Part shown: positions 28,168 through 37,786 of the stretch, piece after piece | Layout: each line of letters opens with the position of its first letter | Position numbering within the stretch: position 1 is the stretch's first letter | DNA from: Candidatus Hodarchaeota archaeon | Lineage (GTDB): Archaea; Asgardarchaeota; Heimdallarchaeia; Hodarchaeales; Hodarchaeaceae | Reading direction: 5' to 3' | Assembly: GCA_016839815.1 (NCBI GenBank) | Contig: JAEOTM010000033.1 | Location: 1 to 56,481, forward strand | Length of the DNA: 56,481 nucleotides | Translations under genes and position numbers: made by a program | The notes under the pieces: generated by a model | Databases searched by the model: none | The model's input: the letters and a program-made list of their open reading frames with translations, nothing else | Told to the model about the DNA's origin: nothing

Positions 28168-29058
28168 ATGCTAATTGATGATTACCTAGTCTGGTTAGAG
28201 GTCGAAAAGGGCTATTCTCCTAAAACTATTCGAGAATACTCTTATGACCTTCAGATGTTTAATAATTTTAATAATGAACAATCCATCGAACTAAGAACTA
28301 CAACAGACTTACGTAGATTCTTTTTACATCTAAAACGGGAAAAAAAATATTCACCTCGCAGTCTCCATCGAAAGATCTGCTCACTTAAGAGCTTCTACAA
28401 GTTTCTGAAGAAAGAAGCGTATATCTCATCCAATCCAGCAGAGAACATAGAATCGCCAAAAATTCCTAAAAGTCTCCCCAAAACTATTTCTGTTGAAGAG
28501 ACATTACTTCTTTTAAAGACACCTGATAATCTAAGAGATCGTTTGATCCTCTTTCTCCTTTACGGAACTGGAATGCGAGTTTCAGAGCTTAGTAATTTGG
28601 ATCTTGGATGTATTGACATTGATAATCGTATGTTGCGTATTATAGGGGGAAAAGGTAACAAAGATAGATTAATTCCTCTCCCAGATGTCCTTATCCCTAT
28701 TCTAGAAGAGTACATGGTAAAACGACGCACTGATGTTTCATCATCAGCTTTGATCCTAAATCGATCAGGGAAGAGACTAACTTCACGATCGATTCAAAGG
28801 CTTGTAAAGAAGTATAGAGAACAAGCAGATCTGAACGATAAAAAACTAACCCCTCATACACTTAGACATGCATTTGCAACTCACCTACTTGCTAATGCAG
28901 TGGATATACGAGTAATCCAGGAATTACTCGGTCATGCTTCCCTTTCAACAACCCAATTATATACTCACGTCAGCTTAGCCCATTTAAGAAAATCTTATGA
29001 CCTTGGACATCCACTTTCCGAGAGGAATACCGAGAAAGCACCCGTTTTCGATGGGTGA
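28168..29058 (+). CDS. xerA: Tyrosine recombinase XerA (XerC/D-like)
   Basis: TGMRVSEL, GKGNKDR, HTLRHAFATHLL, QELLGHASLSTTQLYTHV; N-terminal SAM-like domain. Confidence 0.92.
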   Translation: MLIDDYLVWLEVEKGYSPKTIREYSYDLQMFNNFNNEQSIELRTTTDLRRFFLHLKREKKYSPRSLHRKICSLKSFYKFLKKEAYISSNPAENIESPKIPKSLPKTISVEETLLLLKTPDNLRDRLILFLLYGTGMRVSELSNLDLGCIDIDNRMLRIIGGKGNKDRLIPLPDVLIPILEEYMVKRRTDVSSSALILNRSGKRLTSRSIQRLVKKYREQADLNDKKLTPHTLRHAFATHLLANAVDIRVIQELLGHASLSTTQLYTHVSLAHLRKSYDLGHPLSERNTEKAPVFDG

Positions 29059-29114
29059 GGTATTATATAGCTTTGTACTCTAGAAAGATTAAATACCAGT
29101 AAGGGGATTATACA

Positions 29115-29909
29115 ATGGTTCGGGATCGACTCCGTCAGCCATTTGGCAGCTCCCAAAAAAATAAACATCAGAAATTCTTTCAAAAATTCGCAGAAGAATC
29201 CCTTTCCCGTACATGTTACATTTATTGGTATCTTTCAAAAAAACCAAAGGATATTGAATATACATACTCTCTGAATCCATTTGACTACATATTTCATTAT
29301 GAGAATAAATATTATCTCTCAAGTGATAGAATCTGGCCACTTAGAAAGAAGATTCGTTGGTTTGATACTAACATCGTTTTAATCTTTCATGACCTATCAT
29401 TATGGACAAGTATCCAGAAACAATTCATTAATCTCCGCTCGCTAGAGACAAATGAAGAAACAGATATTTACAATACATATATTACCTTCCAGCTCTCGAC
29501 TGAAACCTTCAATCCAGGATGGAGAGATCTTGATTTTGTTATTCGTTTTCCCAATAATCTTATTAATGTTCCCAAACGTTATAGACATCTAATGGGGGAA
29601 ATTGCCTATGGTTATCTTAAGGAAAATGAAATTGTCAGTTTCGCTGCAGCACCTCATATTCTCAATAGCGATAGCCATTCATATGCGATTATCAGGGGAA
29701 TTGAGACAAAATTATTAGAACGGAAACAAGGGTATTCACACAAAACACTCACTAAATTATGTAGTGAAATTCTCATAGACAAACAAATCAAGAATATTTA
29801 TCTCTGGGTAGAGGAATCTAATAAGAGTGCGATCCAACTATATAAAAAATTAGGATTTATTGAAGAGTCTAAACTCTATGCCATATATTGTGATTTGAAA
29901 CTGAAATGA
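29115..29909 (+). CDS. GNAT acetyltransferase with an N-terminal extension
   Basis: ERKQGYS, LWVEESNKSAIQLYKKLGF. Confidence 0.8.
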   Translation: MVRDRLRQPFGSSQKNKHQKFFQKFAEESLSRTCYIYWYLSKKPKDIEYTYSLNPFDYIFHYENKYYLSSDRIWPLRKKIRWFDTNIVLIFHDLSLWTSIQKQFINLRSLETNEETDIYNTYITFQLSTETFNPGWRDLDFVIRFPNNLINVPKRYRHLMGEIAYGYLKENEIVSFAAAPHILNSDSHSYAIIRGIETKLLERKQGYSHKTLTKLCSEILIDKQIKNIYLWVEESNKSAIQLYKKLGFIEESKLYAIYCDLKLK

Positions 29910-29946
29910 TGTATAAAAAAATAAGAAGGAGTGGAAAAATGCAGTT

Positions 29947-31299
29947 TTAGACTTTTTCCAGCTTTTCAATAAAATTTATATTCATTTCTTCTAGTTCTTT
30001 AAGCACTGGTTCATATATCGATTTTTTAACAGGGATTTGTACTCCCCGATCAGTAATTGTCCCATCTAGAATCATTCTTACTCCAATTGCTGCTGGTAGG
30101 CCAACGGTTCGTGACATAGAACTATCACCATGTGGGATTCCATAATCTATCATTGTTGAGGTTATTTTCTCTACACCAGTGTCTAATTTGTACTCAAATT
30201 GATGAACCATTACAAGCATATCTCTTTCGCCCTCAGCATATTGAAGATGTTCTTCAAATTGATAACATAATGCATCCAGTGGTGAAATCTTATTCTTTGG
30301 AAGAGGATCACCTCCTAAAAGGCCCATCCATTCAAATCGTTTGACTATATCATCAGTTTCTTCTAGGTTGAATTTGGCCATCAAATTCATTTTAGGATTC
30401 GACTCTAAAGGTTGATCTAGCAACTGGTTTATCAATTGGCCATAAGTGAAACTAGAAGGGAATTCTTTTTCTTCTAAATCAAGAAAACCTACATCAGCTA
30501 TCTTTTTCATGGTTCTACACCACCCTGGGTTCCGCAGTGTTCCCCTTATCATCGTTTTTGTTTCTGATATCCCGTAAACATCAATATATGGTTCCACAGA
30601 ATTACGATTAGGATAACCTTCTAGCAGTCCAAGTTCTTTTGTATCACCAGGTCCCTTTTCATTTACTGGAAAAGGAAGATAATGGTCAAATAAATCCTCT
30701 CCCGGAATCTCCACAATCTTTCCACCTTTCAAGTATTTTGCAGAGTTGCGTCCAGCTAAGATGACACCCCTAGGAGACCATGATAGTTTATACCCCCATG
30801 GATTATTGTTAGCATCAGGAGCAGGTAATCCTCCAGTATAAGATGTGAATGATAGGATTTTTCCTCCTTTTTCATGGATGCTATCTATAATTTTTTGAGC
30901 AGACATATGATCTATACCTGGATCTACTCCAATTTCATTTAATATTGTGATAGAAGCATTCTGTGCTTCATCATCCAAATTTCTCATCTCTGGACTCACA
31001 TAAGATGTCGTAACCATATGTTTACGATGTTTAATACATGCTTTTGCTACTTTGACGTGAAAAATATACGGTAAAAGACTTACCGCTAAGTCACATTCGT
31101 GAACTAGAGCTTCAAGTTCTGAATCAGTTGCTTGAGTAATATCAAATGCTTTCGCCATTCCATTAGGGTGGTTATCAATGAGTGCTTCAGCCTTTTGTAG
31201 CGTACGACTTGCTACAATGACCTGAAAGCCGTTTTCTAGAAGATACTTTACAGGAGGGCCAGCAACCATTCCCGCACCGAAAATTAGTACTTTTTTCAT
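29947..31299 (-). CDS. Saccharopine dehydrogenase (glutamate-forming; AASS C-terminal/Lys9-like)
   Basis: GAGMVA, SLLPY, TTSYVS, NEIGVDPGIDHM, GGLPAP, YKLSWSPRG, YPNRNS, RGTLR, MSRTVGLP. Confidence 0.92.
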   Translation of the reverse strand: MKKVLIFGAGMVAGPPVKYLLENGFQVIVASRTLQKAEALIDNHPNGMAKAFDITQATDSELEALVHECDLAVSLLPYIFHVKVAKACIKHRKHMVTTSYVSPEMRNLDDEAQNASITILNEIGVDPGIDHMSAQKIIDSIHEKGGKILSFTSYTGGLPAPDANNNPWGYKLSWSPRGVILAGRNSAKYLKGGKIVEIPGEDLFDHYLPFPVNEKGPGDTKELGLLEGYPNRNSVEPYIDVYGISETKTMIRGTLRNPGWCRTMKKIADVGFLDLEEKEFPSSFTYGQLINQLLDQPLESNPKMNLMAKFNLEETDDIVKRFEWMGLLGGDPLPKNKISPLDALCYQFEEHLQYAEGERDMLVMVHQFEYKLDTGVEKITSTMIDYGIPHGDSSMSRTVGLPAAIGVRMILDGTITDRGVQIPVKKSIYEPVLKELEEMNINFIEKLEKV

Positions 31300-31309
31300 A
31301 TTTATCACA

Positions 31310-32647
31310 TTAATTCGAGTTTAATTGGTTTAAAAATTCTTGTAGGTACCTATAAGTTGGGGTGAGTTTCCCTTGATGAGCAATAACCGCATTCTTGATA
31401 ACTGGAGGTAAATCTAGCTCATCAAAAGGTTTAGTATAGTCAGGTTTCGCAATGATAGGAATATAGGGTTTTAGGGTTGTTGAAAAATTCCTTGATGATT
31501 CCTTAGGGAGCTCGCAGGGAAGGTTATCGACGGCCATAATTGCTAATCCGTCACCAGATAGACCTAGATTGGCCTGCTGAGAAAATGGGTTATATATAAA
31601 TACTGGATGATCAGGTTCTGTAGCCATAAGGGTAGGTTCAATACCTCCTTCGATATCACATGATATATCTCCAATAACCTGTAATCTGACCATAATTTTA
31701 GATTGGTACATATCCTTCGCATGTTCTTTCGTAAGAAGACGAGGATACTTTTCACTCCAATATATACCATTCATTAAAATTGATAGGAACTGAATATACT
31801 CCTCAAATACTCCTTCATATTTAGTTGAACCATACTTATAGTAATCTTGTAGTTCAAAGCTTTCTCCCGTTTTGGGCTTAACCATATGCTCTTCTTTGAA
31901 TACAACCTTATAAACGTGATTTGAGGAGAATTCATCTGTTTTGTTTACAAAAAAATCTCTTAATTCCAACGGATCTAGCTCAATTACTGGTAACAAATCT
32001 AAAATTGACTGTGCTCCTCGTGAAACATTACCATATCCAGCAAAACCTACAACCATTGGTACTAGCTCTGGATCTAATCCATTTGTTTTGATTTTCTCCC
32101 CCACATCAGAAATTGCCTGTTTCATCTTTTCAAGGCCATTATATTCATAAGTATGTTTTAAGTCCAGAAAGGGTGTGTCTATTGCTAACTGATCTTTCAC
32201 TCGTTGTCCATACGCCCAGAGAGCTTGGTTCATTCCTGCTAACCCAGCATAATTTCCAAAATATATGAGACGGAATCCCTTTTCATCAACTATCTTTTCA
32301 TAATCAATAAGAGTAGTATTAAGCTCTAACATTCTCTTTAGAAGCGGCATATTATATTTTTGACCTTTAACTGTGTGACTAAAGAAAATATATACTTTTT
32401 CAGATTCTAATACATCAACTGGTATTTCTTTAATTGCAAATATTACTTTTGCTTTGCTTAAATCAGCAGAAACTGTAGCTCCAGCCTCCTCATATTCAGA
32501 ATCTTTGAATGCACGAATTTTTGACGTTTGTACAACAAAACTTAGTTTTTCTGTAGAAATTAGATCCATTACATGGGTAGGAACAACCGGTGTTCTACTT
32601 TCCCATTTATTCTTATCTTCCAACCGTATTCCTAATATATTACCCAT
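31310..32647 (-). CDS. Lysine-ketoglutarate reductase (AASS N-terminal-like)
   Basis: GIRLEDKNKWESRTP, FFSHTVKGQKYNM, LIDYE, GNVSRGA, GIYW, DISCD, MAVDNLPCELP. Confidence 0.88.
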   Translation of the reverse strand: MGNILGIRLEDKNKWESRTPVVPTHVMDLISTEKLSFVVQTSKIRAFKDSEYEEAGATVSADLSKAKVIFAIKEIPVDVLESEKVYIFFSHTVKGQKYNMPLLKRMLELNTTLIDYEKIVDEKGFRLIYFGNYAGLAGMNQALWAYGQRVKDQLAIDTPFLDLKHTYEYNGLEKMKQAISDVGEKIKTNGLDPELVPMVVGFAGYGNVSRGAQSILDLLPVIELDPLELRDFFVNKTDEFSSNHVYKVVFKEEHMVKPKTGESFELQDYYKYGSTKYEGVFEEYIQFLSILMNGIYWSEKYPRLLTKEHAKDMYQSKIMVRLQVIGDISCDIEGGIEPTLMATEPDHPVFIYNPFSQQANLGLSGDGLAIMAVDNLPCELPKESSRNFSTTLKPYIPIIAKPDYTKPFDELDLPPVIKNAVIAHQGKLTPTYRYLQEFLNQLNSN

Positions 32648-32929
32648 ATCTTTTTCATCCGAATTTGTGATTCTAGATATTGCATCTTAGCGATTATAAG
32701 GATAGCTTCTCAAAATTTTTCAGATAAATACATTTAACAATGAACTAAAGCTGAATCTTGCCCAATTAAGCGTCTAAAAACTGAGATAGTCTTAAAATTT
32801 TTAAAATTATGGTGCAAAAATTCTTCAGACCAATATCTTCAATCATATTGAAGCTTTGATAATAAAAATCTTAATATTTTTCTATTTTAAGGCTCTTAAA
32901 AATTATTATTTGACATAAAAAGTTGGTAG

Positions 32930-33364
32930 ATGCTAATGGCTAAAAAAAATCGTCCAATCTTACTCAGTTTAATTTCCTTACTAGAGATGCTAGTAGGAAT
33001 ACTCATTATACTTACTGGTGGATTCTTTGTTATTCTTTCTTTAGGATTGCTAGGGAACGAATTTGACACGTTGCTTGAAGAAACCTTTGCCGGAGCATTC
33101 GGTATCGTTCTCACCGCACTAGCAGGAGCATTCCTTTTTACAGGTTTTTTGATATTTCTTCTCGGTCATGGATTGTGGAAATTGAATTCTGTTGCTTGGT
33201 TCATATCTACAATACTATATGGATTAGCATTTCTTAATATCCTGTTGAATTATGAATCATATCTCTCTATTATTAAAGCAGGGAGTTATAATGAATTAAT
33301 GACCCCTATTGTAACAGTTTTTTTATTATTCTATTTTCTAAAAATTAGAGATAGATTTAGCTAA
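32930..33364 (+). CDS. Small 4-TM membrane protein
   Basis: RPILLSLI...GLWKLNSVAW hydrophobic pattern. Confidence 0.7.
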   Translation: MLMAKKNRPILLSLISLLEMLVGILIILTGGFFVILSLGLLGNEFDTLLEETFAGAFGIVLTALAGAFLFTGFLIFLLGHGLWKLNSVAWFISTILYGLAFLNILLNYESYLSIIKAGSYNELMTPIVTVFLLFYFLKIRDRFS

Positions 33365-33455
33365 GGTAAAAACAGATGGGATACGGTAATATATCAATAG
33401 TATTCTAGGATTAAAAAAATTAGAGAAAAAGAAAAAGTGAAAGGATGATATACAT

Positions 33456-34136
33456 CTACCAACGTTCTTGTTGATCTTGACGATCAGATCGTCCACGATA
33501 GCCTGAATTATCTCGACCTCGATAGGATCTTCCGCCACCATAGGACCGGCGTTGGCCACCACCACTACGGTCAAATTGTCTTCGTCGGCGTCTTCGATCT
33601 TCATGTTGTTCTTTGGATCGATCGTTTTCTGTGTTGACATCATCGAGTGAGATGACGCCTTCTGTGTCTTCAATTGAGCCCCATTTACCAAGTGCTAGAC
33701 GCATTTGGCTTTGAAATACATTAACATATCCGTTCTTTAGGACAAAGGTGCCTCCTTCAGTCACACGGTCGATAGTTTCATCCCAGAGTGTCAATGTAAT
33801 AGTTCCTGTTTCATCTCCTACCTTTAAATCGGCAAGATTGTGTTCTTCGTTAGTTTTCTTACTGACAATAGTTCTAGATTCGCCTTTTTCAACAACACAA
33901 AATGTTACTTGAAGTTTTCTTTCGAAAGGAGCCAGATCACTGATTTTCATCACATTGAGAGGTTCTTCTGCCTCCTGTGGGCTTTCAGAGGGAGTTTCAG
34001 TCACTTCGGAAGCTTCAGCTTTTTCTGATTCTTCAGCTTTTTCTGATTCTTCAGCTTTTTCTGATTCTTCAGCTTCCTCAGTTTCTTGAGATTCTTCTTC
34101 CTCTTCATTTTCTTGAGATTCTTGATATTCGGTCAT
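33456..34136 (-). CDS. ssb: Single OB-fold ssDNA-binding protein (crenarchaeal SSB-like) with acidic N-tail and Arg/Gly-rich C-tail
   Basis: MKISDL...VGDETGTITLTLWD...KNGYVNVFQSQMRLALGKWG. Confidence 0.85.
   Translation of the reverse strand: MTEYQESQENEEEEESQETEEAEESEKAEESEKAEESEKAEASEVTETPSESPQEAEEPLNVMKISDLAPFERKLQVTFCVVEKGESRTIVSKKTNEEHNLADLKVGDETGTITLTLWDETIDRVTEGGTFVLKNGYVNVFQSQMRLALGKWGSIEDTEGVISLDDVNTENDRSKEQHEDRRRRRRQFDRSGGGQRRSYGGGRSYRGRDNSGYRGRSDRQDQQERW
34013..34075. repeat. Perfect 18-bp tandem repeat (3.5 copies) encoding EESEKA in the SSB N-tail
   Basis: CTTCAGCTTTTTCTGATT at 34013, 34031 and 34049, plus a partial copy at 34067. Confidence 0.95.
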
Positions 34137-34518
34137 TTTTCTCACGATAGTTTGATATGGTACACGGAATATTTCTGATGCAAAAAACCGGAAAAAAGCT
34201 TATTCTTTCCCGTAATGCAAAACAGAGGTAAATTCTGTGTTATGTATGCGAAAAAAAACTAAAATATTAAGCTTTTGTTATTTAATGCATAAAACCTTGG
34301 AACACATATTAGAATTGCAGAAATTCACAATTTAAACCTTTTTTTGGTTTAAAAAGCAAATACTACTGTATTAAATAACCATCATAGATGTAAGGCAACC
34401 AAAAACTTATATCTAATCGAGAATAGTAACTTAAACAAAAACTAAACTTCGTAAATGATTCTATGCTAGAAGAAATAAATTTTCAAACTCTTTTTTCAAT
34501 TGGAAAATTGGTATTATA

Positions 34519-35601
34519 ATGAGTTCTTTACCTGATTTTGACCGTTTTGGAGATCAAATTGTCTATTATAAGAGCTCAGAAGATATGAAAGAGATCAAAA
34601 ACTCATCTATTGATGTGATAGTAACCTCACCCCCTTATAATAGGAGTAAAACATATTCAGATGACGAAGGTAATGTATACGATGATCAAAAATCAGAATC
34701 AGAATTTCAAGCTTTTCTAGCTCAAGTTTGGTCAGAATGTTACCGGGTTCTTTCTCCTCAAGGCATGTTTTTCGTAAATGTTGGGGATTCAGCCAATAAT
34801 CAAGGCTTTTCAAGCAGTATTGCAAAGACAATTCCAAAATCAGGTTTCATCCGTCTTCAAACAATCATTTGGCTCAAATCTTTTCTAGGAAGAGGGCATT
34901 ATACACCATCTGGTCGAAGTAGGCGCTTAAACAATATTTTTGAATATATTTTTGTCTTTGTGAAGAATAGAAAAACCTATCGAATGAATCCCCAAGCTAT
35001 TGGAATTCCTTATGCAGATAAGTCGAATATTGGAAGATATGCTAAATCAGATCTTCGAGATGCGGGAAATGTTTGGTTTATACCCTACTCTCGTACAACT
35101 GGAAGCACAATCAAAAAAGGCCACGAAGCTCCTTTCCCAATTGAACTTCCTTACAGATGTATTAAGTTAACAGACGCAGGATCTGTTCTCGATCCATTCG
35201 CTGGAACAGGTAGCACACTTACAGCCGCAAGGATCTTGAATATAAAGGGGATAGGCTATGAAAAATTCCCACGAAGAGAAGTAATCCGTCAACGAATAAC
35301 TGAACATCAATTTTTCCCTCAACCAGTCAATTTAATTCCCCATCTTGAGCAAACTATCCAAAAATTTGGGGAAATATCTAGATCGGTATCTTTTGATATG
35401 CTATTAGAAGCGAATTTCTTTTCCTTTACTAAAAAAGAATACAATGAACTTAGAATTGTCCAAGATGTTCTGGATAATTTAAGGCAAGATTCGACCCTGT
35501 TTACAGATTATATGAATTATTACAACCTGTATATAGAAAAAACTGAACAATTAGATAAGAGAATCGAACTCACAAAGTTTTTTGATAATTCTCCGAAATA
35601 A
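34519..35601 (+). CDS. Orphan beta-class DNA methyltransferase (N4-C or N6-A)
   Basis: VTSPPY motif IV precedes HEAPFP and VLDPFAGTGST motif I. Confidence 0.9.
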   Translation: MSSLPDFDRFGDQIVYYKSSEDMKEIKNSSIDVIVTSPPYNRSKTYSDDEGNVYDDQKSESEFQAFLAQVWSECYRVLSPQGMFFVNVGDSANNQGFSSSIAKTIPKSGFIRLQTIIWLKSFLGRGHYTPSGRSRRLNNIFEYIFVFVKNRKTYRMNPQAIGIPYADKSNIGRYAKSDLRDAGNVWFIPYSRTTGSTIKKGHEAPFPIELPYRCIKLTDAGSVLDPFAGTGSTLTAARILNIKGIGYEKFPRREVIRQRITEHQFFPQPVNLIPHLEQTIQKFGEISRSVSFDMLLEANFFSFTKKEYNELRIVQDVLDNLRQDSTLFTDYMNYYNLYIEKTEQLDKRIELTKFFDNSPK

Positions 35602-35647
35602 ATGAAGAACTACAAGGGGACTTTTGAGCTTGAGCTTTTCTGGATGA

Positions 35648-36889
35648 TTGGTGCATTCTCCCATGGATCTGGAAAATAGAATCCTCTTATGGACTGGTCT
35701 AGGTCATTTCTGTAATCATATCGGCAATTATTTGACTGCAGCTCTTCTTATTTATCTACAAACAGATATTCCGTTAACTCACACCCAAGAGGGTATTCTA
35801 GGCTCAATACCTATGCTGTTACTTGTGGTATTATCAACCGGTGTAGGTCGAATTGGTGATAAATATCCTTACTCAAAAAAACATCTTATTTGGACTGGAA
35901 TTATTGGGTTGGGAATTTTCAGTATTCTCATGTCATTCGCCATGACGTTTATAGATCTCATTCTAGCAACCATCGTTCTAGGAATATCATTATCAACATA
36001 TCATCCCGTAGCTTTTGCTATTCTGAATAATATGAAGAACCAAGATCGAAATATGGGAATTAACTCTGTATTTGGAAATTCAGGGAGCGCAATTACTCCC
36101 TTTATTGCGATGCTATTTTCAATCTTAACAAACTGGAGAATTGCATTTTTGATATTTGCAGTTTTTCAAATACTGATAGGTCTATTAATCTGGAGAGTAT
36201 TTCCTAATACGCCCGAATTACATAATGAATTAATGAATTCAAAAAATAATGAAATTGAAAAGGAGGGAGAACTGAAAAAGAATGTTGCTATCCTTGCACT
36301 TCTTGTTGTCTTAATTTCGGCCGCCCGTGCCCCTGTGTTTAGATGCATTTCTTATTTTACAACTATTGTATTTTCTGATGCATTTGCTTTTACTAGAATA
36401 GAATCTTCGATACTTACTGCCATTGTACTCGGAATTGGTGCAACAGCAACTTATCTAATGGGATATCTTAATGATAAACGCATTTCCAAAGGTGTTTCAA
36501 GAGATATTCGTGTTAATTTTCGACTTAATTCAATGTTTTTATCAAATGGGGTATCTACTATATTTTTACTAATACTTGCACTTATTCCTTACAATTTCTC
36601 CCTTCTCGTATTGGGTGTTTATATGGTTTTAGCTTTCTTTTTCTTCCTAGGGGCAGCTATTCTACCAACAATTATGAGTGAAATTTCCCCTAAAGATATG
36701 GGATCTGCTTTTGGTCTTCTTTTTTCAGGTGCAACGTTAACTGGGGCAATCGCACCGACTGTATTTGGATATCTGGCTGATACATATGATTTTAGCACTA
36801 GCTTCCTATTTCTTGGAATAGTAGCGTTTCTATGCTTGGTTTTTATTTATCTCTTCAAAAACACATACAACCGAAGTACACTTATATAA
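35648..36889 (+). CDS. MFS transporter
   Basis: GHFCNH, GRIGDKY, STYHP, FGYLAD; about 12 TM segments. Confidence 0.88.
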   Translation: MVHSPMDLENRILLWTGLGHFCNHIGNYLTAALLIYLQTDIPLTHTQEGILGSIPMLLLVVLSTGVGRIGDKYPYSKKHLIWTGIIGLGIFSILMSFAMTFIDLILATIVLGISLSTYHPVAFAILNNMKNQDRNMGINSVFGNSGSAITPFIAMLFSILTNWRIAFLIFAVFQILIGLLIWRVFPNTPELHNELMNSKNNEIEKEGELKKNVAILALLVVLISAARAPVFRCISYFTTIVFSDAFAFTRIESSILTAIVLGIGATATYLMGYLNDKRISKGVSRDIRVNFRLNSMFLSNGVSTIFLLILALIPYNFSLLVLGVYMVLAFFFFLGAAILPTIMSEISPKDMGSAFGLLFSGATLTGAIAPTVFGYLADTYDFSTSFLFLGIVAFLCLVFIYLFKNTYNRSTLI

Positions 36890-36894
36890 AAAAC

Positions 36895-37434
36895 TCAGAT
36901 TCGACCCAAATTCTTTTCTAGTTCATAATAAAACATAGGTAACTCTGAATCTTGAATTATTCGGGCTTTAACTCGAACTCCAGGTCCTTTGGAACTGATT
37001 TCTTTGTCAATCATACCTGTTGATGTAACAGCTTCAATAATTTGACGAAGAACCTTTGAATCAACCACAACTCGAAATAGGGGGGATAAAATCAGTTCCA
37101 GAAAGGGCTTAAATCTAAAAGGATTCACCAAACGTTCTGTTACAAAGGACAACGATACGAGAGACGCTCCGGTTAAAGTTTTAACTCCACCTGTTAGAAA
37201 TTTGTAATAACAATAAACGACTTTTGAATTATCCAAAGAAAAAATCTGGAATCCAGAAGTCTCTGCAAGATCCAGATTCGTTTGTTGTCCAACATTGGGC
37301 ATAGACATTGATGCGAGAAGTTTCAACTCATCAGGATAAAGAGTTTCAGGGAAGTGGGCGCGGACAACAGGTCCAACTTTACCATCAAATTCGGCATATA
37401 CCAAAATACCTTGATAATCCTCAGCAGAGGACAT
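36895..37434 (-). CDS. uDENN/longin-like domain protein
   Basis: ILVYAEFDGKVGPVVRAHFP...LKLLASMSMP matches the FDxxxGPxxxxxxP start of uDENN modules (AVL9/NPR2/DENND6-like). Confidence 0.7.
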   Translation of the reverse strand: MSSAEDYQGILVYAEFDGKVGPVVRAHFPETLYPDELKLLASMSMPNVGQQTNLDLAETSGFQIFSLDNSKVVYCYYKFLTGGVKTLTGASLVSLSFVTERLVNPFRFKPFLELILSPLFRVVVDSKVLRQIIEAVTSTGMIDKEISSKGPGVRVKARIIQDSELPMFYYELEKNLGRI

Positions 37435-37786
37435 ATGTAACCATTCCTACAAGGTCAAAGACTTTGAATTCTTTTAACTATTGACAATGTCAGTTCGTAA
37501 CTAACTAAAGCATAGCAATGTAGCTTTAAAAAAGTAAGTAAAAGACCGCTTTTAAGAGGGTACTCTGATGACATTCCACTCCAGCTGATATTGAACCAAA
37601 TTGTGTTTGTAAAATGAGTGAAGTAAAAGCAGGTTGACAATTCTTAGCGATCCTGAATGACTGAAAAAATTAATTCTTTAAAATTTTGGATTCCGGACGG
37701 TTTGACTAGTTACCTTTATCTAAAATGTGTGCTAAGAATAAACAAAGAAAGATTTTTTTACGCATTCTTCCCTCTGGAGCTGTCCC

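Noticed and set aside
28168-29058. Integrase marking a provirus or integrated element
   Set aside because: Looks like housekeeping XerA; no att repeats, tRNA target, or viral/plasmid genes were seen.
31299-31312. Programmed frameshift fusing LKR and SDH
   Set aside because: SDH has its own ATG and no clear slippery site or stimulatory structure was seen.
34013-34075. CRISPR-like repeat
   Set aside because: Contiguous in-frame coding repeats with no spacers and no cas genes.
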